From positions 248,001-312,000 of the forward strand of contig JAANOX010000070.1 in NCBI GenBank assembly GCA_020184695.1: DNA of 64,000 bases. Direction: 5' to 3'. The translations under genes were made by a program, and so were the position numbers. Within the stretch, counting starts at the first letter, position 1, and each line of letters opens with the position of its first letter. The stretch comes from Histomonas meleagridis 2922-C6/04-290x (Eukaryota; Protista; Parabasalia). A model generated the notes under the pieces. It saw nothing but the letters and a program-made list of their open reading frames with translations, searched no databases and was not told the DNA's origin. Shown in pieces: positions 52,743 to 62,406 of the stretch.

Positions 52743-54666
52743 TTAAATATCATAGAGAATTGAACCTCCCCACTCCACTACAGTATAACCATTACGTTCT
52801 TTATGTAAATTTTCTAAGTTTTGAAGTGGTAATTCCTCAACCTTATCACCTCTTAAATTTTTCATAATCATAAATACTCTAATAATACAATCAGGTTTTG
52901 GTGTAATTTCAAGTTGTGCAACATTTTCATATTCTTCACTTAAAAATTTAATCATAGTATAATTACTTCTTTGGATTTGAGGCAACCAAAACTGAATAAA
53001 ACTTGTTAATTCTTTTCCACGAAGTCCTAAATAATATAATTTGTCTTCTAAGAATTTTTCGGCATTTTCTTTTGTTACAATAAAACCTTCATTAAAGTCA
53101 AATTCATTATCATTAAATAAACATTCCCAAAACAAACTATCATATTCAATTGAATTTGGATCGTCTTTGTTAACCATAATCCCATTTTCATTTACGTTAA
53201 CATTCCAACCTTTGTCAACATTGTATTTAGGATATGTACAAGTAAAATCACCTTTTATATTAACTTTTACATTTACATCCATTTTTTCTTTAGGATATAT
53301 ATAAATTACTGGCTTCCCGCCTCTAAGTCTAAGAATTAATAGTAATTTAGTACCAGAAACTATATTTTGTTCTCCAATTTTTTGATCATCTTCTAATTGA
53401 CGGTGATGAAAAATAATTCTTTGTTGATCAGTTGGTATTCCTTCCCTAATAGTTATTTCGTGTTTTATCTTTAATATTGTATCATCGGAACATACATTGA
53501 ATTTCATTTCTTTTCCTGTTAAAGTATGTATTATTATTGGAAAAGAATTTTTAACTAATGAAGAATCAGATTTAAATTTTAAATAAATATGATCCCTTGG
53601 ATCAATACACCCCATTAGATCATAATCCTCCATTTTATCCGCTAAATAGAGAACTTGTTCTTTTATAGGAACATGCTCTTTTTGAAATATTTTTTCTTTT
53701 AAATTGTATATAGTTTCAGTAAGAGACATATTTATATCAAATATTTTGTTTCTTGATGTAAAGATTTTATATGGTAATTTTTCATTGAGATTTGTAGCCA
53801 AATATATATCCATATAACATACAAGATTCGGATTATATACTATATATGGAAGAAAATCATCCATAATTATTCCATTTGAGATAAGAAATTGCTTTTCAGT
53901 AGGAATATTTTTTTTTTTGATATATTCTTTCTTTAATGTTCTTAATAGTTACAGTTGGTTTTGCTTTAATAAAAAAAGAATCCCCATTTAAAGGTCGTAT
54001 ATATATTTCAAATTCATCAGATGAATGACAAATTTTTGGAATTCTAGTCAAAAGAATATTAGAATTTGACTTAATGTTATAATCACTCAGCGATCTTGCG
54101 TCTTCCATATCTTTCCCCTCAAAAATAAGTCGTTGTTTCTGAATAGAAATTTCTGTTTTCTTCATTATCTCCTCCTTTAAATCAAATACTTTTTTTGCAG
54201 TTGCGATAGTGAATTTTAATGATCCACCATTTACATTTCTAATGTAAATTGGAATTAATTTGCAAATACCTTGACTTAAATTTGTTTTTATTATATCATT
54301 TGAATTTCCTTTATTTTTCTTTATGAAACCATGAAGCTGTCTAGCAAGATTAGTATTACCTAATGCAAGACAAAGTTCAAAAATATCGTTAACCTTGTGT
54401 GAAGGAATGCTTGCATAATTATCTTGAAAAATTGATAAAAGGAGTTCCATATCTCCATCAACATCTTGATAATCAACATTATAACTATTAATTGAAGTAT
54501 TCATGCGATGGATATTTGCAACTTCTGGAGAAATAATATCTGCAACAATTTTATTACAATGAACTTTCCTTTCCCCAAGACAAAAAGTAAAGTCTTGATT
54601 TGTATATAAAGGTAATATGTTCATAAGTGAATTAATAGGCACTTCAATACGGCAAAAATCTTCCAT
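52743..54666 (-). CDS. BTB-like + four ubiquitin-like domains + KPVIYIYP domain fusion, split by a +1 frameshift in an A11 run
   Basis: BTB-like DFTFCLGERKVHCNKIVADIISP. UBL2 runs across the frameshift (IKERIYQKK/NIPTEKQFLISNGIIMDD). UBL4 is GIPTDQQRIIF...LRLRGG, directly followed by KPVIYIYP...FT.TYP...GW...EYDSLFWE...FIQFWLP...IRVFM...VVEWGG. Confidence 0.83.
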
Positions 54667-54878
54667 TTATAAATGTGAAATGATGTTTTTTTGCCGCAAT
54701 TAAAAAATGTCATAAATTAAAAAAAAAATTAAACACACCGTTAGAAAACAAATTTTTGCAAGAGGATAATTTTGGCAAAAATTAGGATTTTCCAAAAATT
54801 GTTTTATAAAACATGTATATAATAGAAAAAACAAAAAATAATTCAAATAGTAATAAATTTTAACATTGAAAATAAATA

Positions 54879-56012
54879 TCAAATTTGTAAATGTTTGATA
54901 TTTTTGACCACACTCGAAGGAAATTTCCCTTTTTGTCCAGTCCCTATATTTTTTCCTTCACACCAACCTTCCTTAAAAGTGCTTACAAACACGACATCGC
55001 CAAACTCTAATTCTATTTCGTTGGGGTGCCCCGGAGTGAATTTTTTATCAACTTCAAACACTTCGTTGATTGATATTGCTCCGCTTTCGATGTCTGTTAA
55101 CAAATCAACGAAGTTCATTGGAAACATTCCCCTTCTTCCAAAACATTCTCCTTCCCACCATCCACTGGGGTGCTGCTTTAAGACTTCTATAAAGTCTCCT
55201 CGAGAAAATGAGAGATCATTAACATCTTCGCCATCGAAATTCGATTTGGCAATTGCGAAAAGTCGCTTTCGTGGTGTTGGAATACCAAACGATTTAGAAA
55301 TTATTTGAGTTTCAAGCGAGGGCTCATATCTGTCGGCTGAGATGTTCACTGCTAACAATGATTGAAGAAGATTTTCATGTGATGATTTCTCATAATGTGT
55401 TAGATTAAGTATGGAGTTTTTGATGGTGGTACGAACACTAAAATCTATGTCGGTCATGTCTGCAAAAAAATTGGGGAATTCCACATTGCGAAGTTTTTGA
55501 TAATATTGGATTTTTTCTTTTTCAATGTCATCAAGCTCTTTCTTAAGATTTCGTTCAACACGCTTAGCTTTGTCTGTTTTAGTTGTTGAGAAATGGAGTG
55601 ATTCTATTTGTGCTTTTTCAAATTGTGATCTGGAAATGAAAAGTTTTTTTTGAAATTTCTTGATAGAATCAATTGAAGCTTCCAATGATTTTGTTAAGTT
55701 TGTTTTAGAACGTCTGATGTATTGTTGAAAAGATTGAATTGGTGGAATAAATTGTGTTTTTAATTCATTCGCAACATCTTTATGATGATTAAGAATAACT
55801 TCTATTTCATCATAAACAAGAGTTGTTGGAGATGTTGCACTTTGAACAGGATTTTGTAAAAATTTAGATAATTCATTTGCGAATGATTCTTCAAGTTCTC
55901 TTCTTTTTATTAAATATGTGTGCAAAATGTCAATCCCCTTCTCACTTTCTGTGAGTACATGATCAACATGTTGTGAAAATTCTATAAAGTCTTCGGGATT
56001 GCTCTCGCCCAT
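54879..56012 (-). CDS. F-BAR (FCH) protein with two C-terminal SH3 domains
   Basis: FCH motif GIDILHTYLIKRRELEESFANELSK and coiled coil. SH3 AIAKSNFDGEDVNDLSFSRGDFIEVLKQHPSGWWEGECFGRRGMFPMNFV, plus a second SH3. Likely ATG at 56012. Confidence 0.85.
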   Translation of the reverse strand: MGESNPEDFIEFSQHVDHVLTESEKGIDILHTYLIKRRELEESFANELSKFLQNPVQSATSPTTLVYDEIEVILNHHKDVANELKTQFIPPIQSFQQYIRRSKTNLTKSLEASIDSIKKFQKKLFISRSQFEKAQIESLHFSTTKTDKAKRVERNLKKELDDIEKEKIQYYQKLRNVEFPNFFADMTDIDFSVRTTIKNSILNLTHYEKSSHENLLQSLLAVNISADRYEPSLETQIISKSFGIPTPRKRLFAIAKSNFDGEDVNDLSFSRGDFIEVLKQHPSGWWEGECFGRRGMFPMNFVDLLTDIESGAISINEVFEVDKKFTPGHPNEIELEFGDVVFVSTFKEGWCEGKNIGTGQKGKFPSSVVKNIKHLQI

Positions 56013-56055
56013 AAAACCGAACCGAAGAACGTTTATCCTCATTTGGTCTTGCAAA

Positions 56056-56322
56056 ATGAATATAGAAAATGAAGTAGATGTAACTCCAAAAGAAGCCATC
56101 AACATTCTTAAACACTTTACACAAGATCCATTTCTTGAAGAAAATGATCCTGATTTGGCAAAAGGCATTAATTTAATATATCAAAATTTGTTAACAACAT
56201 CGTTTGAAATAGTTACACCCACAGTTGAAACAGTGGCACAAGACAATAACGCAGAACAAGAAGGTGAAGAACCACCAGCAGAAACACATCATCGAAGAAG
56301 GCGTCATTCCAAAAAAGAGTAA
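56056..56322 (+). CDS. Small hypothetical protein (88 aa) with acidic/basic C-terminal tail
   Basis: ATG at 56056 after Inr TCATT. Helical core VTPKEAINILKHF...DLAKGINLIYQNL; tail ETHHRRRRHSKKE (NLS-like). Confidence 0.6.
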   Translation: MNIENEVDVTPKEAINILKHFTQDPFLEENDPDLAKGINLIYQNLLTTSFEIVTPTVETVAQDNNAEQEGEEPPAETHHRRRRHSKKE

Positions 56323-56354
56323 TTATTAAACTATAGAATTAAATGCAATTACGT

Positions 56355-57050
56355 TTAGACTTCTGTGAGAAAATCTTTGATGTCTGTTGTTGAAAGAATT
56401 CTGAAATTGCGATCCTTATCAACAATTCCAATCTCGATTAAATCCGCAGTAAGTTGACCATCAAATCCTTCCTTAAGTGTGGATATTGCTGTATGGATAG
56501 CATCATCAACTGATAAGTCATCATTATATCTTCTTTCTAAAAATGTTCTTGATCCATCACTTCTCTTGCCGAGAGCAGTGGCTTTCCATGCCCAAAATGC
56601 ACCTGATGGGTCAACTTGCCAAAGAGTTGGTGTATCTTCCCATCCAATAATTAAAAGTGAAACACCAAATGGACGAACGCCACCACTTTGAGTATACTTC
56701 TGATTGACAGCAGCTGCTTCTTTAACAACTTCTCTTGTTGGCATTTCAACACCAAACCTTAACTTGTATTTCATGGCTGTTTTTCTGATCTTTTTAACGA
56801 GTACACGATAATCAGTAACAACACCACTGTAAACGCATCCAACATTTGGGTTTATTGCTTGAATTTTCATATTTGTGTTTCTTTCAGCTAATGGAGAAAT
56901 TGGCTTTGATTCACATGCAATAACAGCGCCATTCTTCGCTTTAACTCCAACACATTGTCCACCAAGTGAAACAGCTTTGAGAGCATGCTCTATTTGACCG
57001 AGTTTACCTCCAGAAGAGAATGTTGTGAGAGAGAAATCAGTATCGCCCAT
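56355..57050 (-). CDS. PSMA2: 20S proteasome subunit alpha type-2
   Basis: FSLTTFS.GGKLGQIEHALKAV, YTQSGGVRPFGVSLLI, LWQVDPSGAFWAWKATALGK and FLERRYNDDL. Confidence 0.95.
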   Translation of the reverse strand: MGDTDFSLTTFSSGGKLGQIEHALKAVSLGGQCVGVKAKNGAVIACESKPISPLAERNTNMKIQAINPNVGCVYSGVVTDYRVLVKKIRKTAMKYKLRFGVEMPTREVVKEAAAVNQKYTQSGGVRPFGVSLLIIGWEDTPTLWQVDPSGAFWAWKATALGKRSDGSRTFLERRYNDDLSVDDAIHTAISTLKEGFDGQLTADLIEIGIVDKDRNFRILSTTDIKDFLTEV

Positions 57051-57088
57051 TATGGAATTGACAAAGTTTGTTTGATATATAGTTGGTC

Positions 57089-57102
57089 AAGTGACGTCAC
57101 TT
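57089..57102. promoter_or_regulatory. 14-bp palindrome AAGTGACGTCACTT (Inr TCACTT on both strands; CRE-like TGACGTCA core)
   Basis: Perfect palindrome about 40-50 nt upstream of the PSMA2 ATG. Confidence 0.45.
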
Positions 57103-57200
57103 TTCGGATTAAATTTATGATGATTTTGATCGTCGTTAAAATTACCAAAAAAAAAAAATAAAAATTAAATTAAAAAATAATTTTTATTAATAAAATTATT

Positions 57201-59210
57201 TCATATCCATTTATCTTCTTCCTCATGAATCAGAATATCAATAACTTCTGTAGGTTTTTCAATCAAAATATCTTTATTTTCAGTCAGCGATGAACTTGAA
57301 TATTGTAATGTACTTGATTTATAAGTTTTATGACGAAAAACTCCAATGACAATTCCTGCTATAAGTAAAACTACTGCAACCGATCCACATATAATGCCAA
57401 TTAAGAAAATTCGATTAACATCATTATTTTGATTATTATCTTCCAATCTATCATAATATATATAGAAGTTGGAATAAATTTTAATATATGTGGAATATAA
57501 AATAAATGAATATTCGTAATAAATGTAATATGTATTCAGCTGTGTAAATTCTGATTTTATATAAGATAAAATAAATGTTTGTGAAAGATATGACTTTATA
57601 ACGGATAATGATTTTGTAAATGATAAAATATTTGTTAATATATATGAATGTGAATATGTAATATCTGAATTATTTGTTATTAAATCAGAATTTTTTATCC
57701 AATTTGTATTTGAGCTTATTATTTTACTTGTTGCAATTTCAATTTGTGTTAATGAAATATATGTCAAAATTGTATTCGAATTAGATAACGTAAGTGAATT
57801 TGTAATTGACAATATATTTGATAATGTGTATGTAACTGTTATAGTTAATGAGGTTGTATTCAATAATGATGGTGATGATGTTGTTGAATTTATTAGAGTT
57901 TGAGTTTCTGAAATTGTTTGTTGTTCTATATTTATCATAACATTTGATAAAGATTGCGTATTTGATAATGTTAATGTTTGGGTTGATGCAATTGAATTAG
58001 TGATAATAATTGTTTGTGAAGAGTATTTTGTATATGATTTTGTATATGTTGGTGATAATGTAACGGATATCGTTTTTGATAGTGAATTCGTTGGTGATAT
58101 TGTTACTGACGAAACATGTGTCTGTGATGATGTAATTGAATTGGTTTGCGTTAATGTTAAAGAAGGAACTAATGTAGATATATTTGATAAGATTGATATC
58201 TGCCATAATGAAGGCACAATTATTTGTGATTGAGTGGTTTGACCATTAACTAATACATATGTAAATGAATTACTAAAACCATCTAAATATTTAAAAACTA
58301 TAGTTACTGTTTGAGTGGGAACATATGTTTTATCAGATGTACTAACTTTCATATTAGATTGAGTTAAAGATATAGATGCTGTTGTCGAGGTTATAAATGA
58401 AGTTTTTAGTGTATTAGTTATTGTATTACTAGATATATGTGTAAGTGATGAAGTATTTATATTAATAATAGTATTTGTAGTAAAAGAATATGTTGTATTA
58501 AATGACGTTGATAATAATGATTGCGTATCACTGTTAACATAAGTATTCGATTTATAATTTGTAAGGGAAGGTGAAAGTGTTATTGATGGAGAATATGTAT
58601 GAATATTTGAAATAAGAGTTGTATATGTAAATGAGTTTGCTATACTTCGCGTTAATGAAGGTGATAAAACATAAGAATATGTATTTAATGTAACGTTGGA
58701 TATAACAAATGTATTTACTTTAGTAGATACATTTAAATTTGATTGTGAATAGACTAATTCGTTAATTTTCTTCTTGGTGTTTAATTTTATATCTGGATCT
58801 AATTTAGAACAATTTGAAAAAGACTCGAATCCAAAATTTTCAATTTTATCAAAAGTTACTTTTGTTAATTGTGGACATGACGAAAATGCATAATCTCCAA
58901 CAGAATGAATTGCCAATTTAATGATAACACTATGCAAATTCGAACAAAATGAAAAAGCATGCGAACCTATTTTTTCAACATTTGAAAGATGAACTTCATA
59001 TAATGAATCCCAATGTGAGAATTCATAGCTTTTAATATTTCTAATATTATTTTCAATAAAAAGATATTCAGATAGATTTTGATACTGCCATATATCCATA
59101 TTTTCTCCCGTCACTCTAAGTGTCCTATTCTTCGTTATGAATATGGTTTGGCCTGTAATTTGTAGAAAGATCGTGAAAATGATAGAATATTTTAATAACA
59201 ATTTCATCAT
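57201..59210 (-). CDS. BspA-like surface protein with few LRRs and a long S/T-rich stalk
   Basis: Signal peptide and about 4 TpLRR units (VEKIGSHAFSFCSNL, VGDYAFSSCPQL). Roughly 400-aa S/T stalk, Tyr-rich motif, TM FLIGIICGSVAVVLLIAGIVIGVF, tail HEEEDKWI. Confidence 0.82.
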   Translation of the reverse strand: MMKLLLKYSIIFTIFLQITGQTIFITKNRTLRVTGENMDIWQYQNLSEYLFIENNIRNIKSYEFSHWDSLYEVHLSNVEKIGSHAFSFCSNLHSVIIKLAIHSVGDYAFSSCPQLTKVTFDKIENFGFESFSNCSKLDPDIKLNTKKKINELVYSQSNLNVSTKVNTFVISNVTLNTYSYVLSPSLTRSIANSFTYTTLISNIHTYSPSITLSPSLTNYKSNTYVNSDTQSLLSTSFNTTYSFTTNTIININTSSLTHISSNTITNTLKTSFITSTTASISLTQSNMKVSTSDKTYVPTQTVTIVFKYLDGFSNSFTYVLVNGQTTQSQIIVPSLWQISILSNISTLVPSLTLTQTNSITSSQTHVSSVTISPTNSLSKTISVTLSPTYTKSYTKYSSQTIIITNSIASTQTLTLSNTQSLSNVMINIEQQTISETQTLINSTTSSPSLLNTTSLTITVTYTLSNILSITNSLTLSNSNTILTYISLTQIEIATSKIISSNTNWIKNSDLITNNSDITYSHSYILTNILSFTKSLSVIKSYLSQTFILSYIKSEFTQLNTYYIYYEYSFILYSTYIKIYSNFYIYYDRLEDNNQNNDVNRIFLIGIICGSVAVVLLIAGIVIGVFRHKTYKSSTLQYSSSSLTENKDILIEKPTEVIDILIHEEEDKWI

Positions 59211-60064
59211 ATGAAGTAGTTGTTCTCATAGAATTCAACAATTATATGAATTTTGAATATATCGCAATAAGTCGGTTAACCATAAGAAGTCAAAAATTGA
59301 ATGAACAGGTCATTGAAATTCACCGTGAAACATTTGTTTCAAATAAAATTGGGAGAAAACCTTTGAAAAAGGGAATCGAATGTATGGTTTTTATCACTTC
59401 ACATAAGCAAAATTTTGAGCTTTCAAGTGGATTACAATCGGAAAAAACGACAAACCAATAGATGGTAACATAAGCTATATGCTAGGTACACCTAATTATG
59501 ACATTTTCCCATTCATAATAGAAATTGATTTTTTCAACATCATAAAATTTACATCAAAAATTGCATCTTTAACCAAAGAGATTTTTCACGTATTTTTTTG
59601 AACGCGAAGTGTATTCGAAAATTTTAATAAATTTTATATGTCGGTGTATCATTTGTACAACTGGTAGATATTCTTGTTAAATATATATCAATAAGCGAAT
59701 TGATATATGTTCTTTCTATCATTTGTTCGTACATATAGGTATTTTTTCGGATTTTTTGAACGTTCTCCATAAACCTCAAATTTTAGCTTATCAATCATTA
59801 ATTCTACAAAGCAATTTGAACTTATAGCTCCTCAATTGACACTTTATCACGAAAATCTTCTGAAGAAAGCAAACATTTTAAACACTGATTAAATATGGCA
59901 TTTTGATAAATAACAATTATTTGTCTTTTTGGAACTATAATCATTTGCTAAATTTTAATCAATCAGAAACATCTTACATAAAAATGAAATTATTTCCGAA
60001 CATTTATCCATACAATAAAATTTTATTAAATATTTTTTTTTTCTTTTTCATTCCTATACACATA

Positions 60065-61403
60065 TCAAATAAATTTTTCATCATTTGCCACATCCTCAGA
60101 ATTATTATTATTCTCGTGGTTCTTATAGTCTCTGCATTCGTCCCAAGGCACGATCACATACACCAAAACCGCGACAATTATTCCACCGAAGAACAATGGC
60201 AATGCGATGTTAATGATCTTATCCATTGTTGGGTCGGGCGGCTTCTTCACCAGATCCTGTTTGCATGTTACGTTCATCAAAGCCTCAGTCTGATCCAAAT
60301 ATACGTACGAGAAATATATCAAATCATTTGCTCCGAAGTCATCTTTTGTTCCATAATAATTCAAATAATTTTCGTTGATATATTCCATGAATTTATTTTC
60401 GCCCGGATATTTATGATATTCATTTTGATTTATGAGTAAAAGTGAATTATATCCTTTACTCGTACTATGATCAATGATAATACTAAATGAATAATCGAAA
60501 TTATTTAATTGATATTTGAAATATAATATTTGATATGGCTGAACTAAAAATGTTTTCGAGGTTCCGCTCTTCATTTCAATTATTTCATGTTGACAAAATA
60601 TGCCGGCGGACTTATCATTACAAACACATTCATTGCCTATAATTTGTTTGGTGTTTTTGGAGTCACATAAATAAAACCAATTATATTTAGTCGTATTAAC
60701 TTTCTTTAAATTCATAACATTACCTAACGTAACTATAGTGCCATTAATTTTTTGGTTTTTATTTTTCTCACTATCAAATGATAATTTAGATTTAATATGT
60801 ATTGCATATGTGCCATTCATTAAGTTGTCTTTCGTTATGAATATCCTTTGGTTAGTTGAGAATAAGTCTTCTTGATCATAATACATTGGTAATAACTTTT
60901 CTCCGTTTGGTGTAACCACAAATAAATTCATATTCACATTCAACATGTAATATTCTTCAGTAGACAAAATATCATTATATTAATTGGAATCAACAATAAA
61001 TAACGTGTTACGAATACGTTTCGGTGAATACTCTGTTAAGTTCGCAAATGAAGAATGTGCTCGAACTAAAAGTTTATCCTGAACTTTAAGATAATCATAA
61101 GGTTGTGTTACTTTACTGTTCGGTTGCAATGGGGAAAGAATAGCACTTTAGATTTTGAAAGTTGTGAAGATTCTTTTGGGGTTAAAAACAATAAACAAAA
61201 CTTTTGGTTGGGATATTGATGGCCGTTAAATATATGTGGGAATTCTTCTATAACTGACTTATTTTTAAATTGGATGTAATACTAAATTCATCAGATTTTA
61301 TCGTTTTACTTTTAGCAAACAATAACTCGCTGGGCAAAGGAAAGCGTTCACTTATCTTCTTTATGCCTTTCCCCGCCGTAAAATAAAACAAGAGGGGAAA
61401 CAT
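60065..61403 (-). pseudogene. Single-pass membrane protein with subtilase (KP-43/TagC-type) C-terminal jelly-roll-like domain and EGF-like module, no catalytic domain, disrupted
   Basis: ATG at 61403 with signal MFPLLFYFTAG. Stops at 61248-61250 and 60980-60982, plus a frameshift. NMNLFVVTPNG...EDLFSTNQRIFI...GTYAIHI; EGF-like CDSK..IGNECVCNDKSAGIFCQ; TM IALPLFFGGIIVAVLVYVIV. Confidence 0.65.
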
Positions 61404-62406
61404 TTTTTTTGGAGGTTGATTTCATAGAAATATTCTTTTCTCCTTTGGAAATGCCTGTTGAAATCTCATACCGGAGGTTTGGGTGTTACCGTATTCAATT
61501 TCGAACCCTTTTGAACAGAAACAATTCTAAACGTCATTAAATCCGCCACTGTTTCATGAGGGTATCCCAGAAGCCGATGAAAATCAATAGAAAAACAAGT
61601 ACTTGGATCCTTTGAAAACACGAACAATTGAAAATTGAAACAATTGAAATTTAGTGATAGAAAAAATGGATTTTGAAGGAAGTAAAATTTTTTGCATTGA
61701 TTTGATTGGATACGAAATTTTATCAATTGATTTTTGAATGATTCAATTCTGAATAACCCACAAAAACGTAGTTCCAAATTCTTGCTCAAGAGAAATAATA
61801 GAAAACAGAGTGAGAAATTAACATCCTTTTATATTTGCATTGGCAACAGTAATTGTTAGTGTATCTTTGTTTGATTCTTTAATAATGCAGATGCTGAAAA
61901 ATTTGGTAAAAATAATTTTGAAACAAAGGTTTACAGTAAAAAGGCGCATCAATATATAACGTAGAAGAAGAATGGTAAATTGTTGAAATAATACAATTCT
62001 TACATATAAGTATATAATAAAAATGAATGAGAAATTGGTGTTAAATACAAAAGCATTTTATTAATAAATAGTGAATATGAAGACAGACCAAATCATATTC
62101 ATCAATGTAATTCTATTTTATTTTAATAATCTTGATATTATATTTTCGAATCGTAAATAAAAACAAAGTATTTTCAGAATTTGGAAATAACTTTTAGTTT
62201 TCTATAATTACTTAGTTAATAAAATGATTTTGATAATAATGTGTAAATTATAAAATTCTAATGGCTTACAGTACTTCGCAAAACAAAGATTAAGATAAAG
62301 ATGAACATATATCTATTAGGATTTAACTATTACTTTTTTTTGGTAAAGATGATGGTTTGTTTTTGTTAGAGGGGTCTTCAGACATGTTATGTGAATTTTA
62401 AATTAT

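Noticed and set aside
56013-56168. 52-aa N-terminal extension of the F-BAR ORF
   Set aside because: It is the antisense of the better-supported plus-strand gene at 56056, and the FCH domain begins right after Met 56012.
61466-61789. 107-aa minus-strand ORF upstream of the membrane-protein pseudogene
   Set aside because: Starts at a non-ATG codon, has no recognisable motif, and the pseudogene has its own ATG and signal peptide at 61403.
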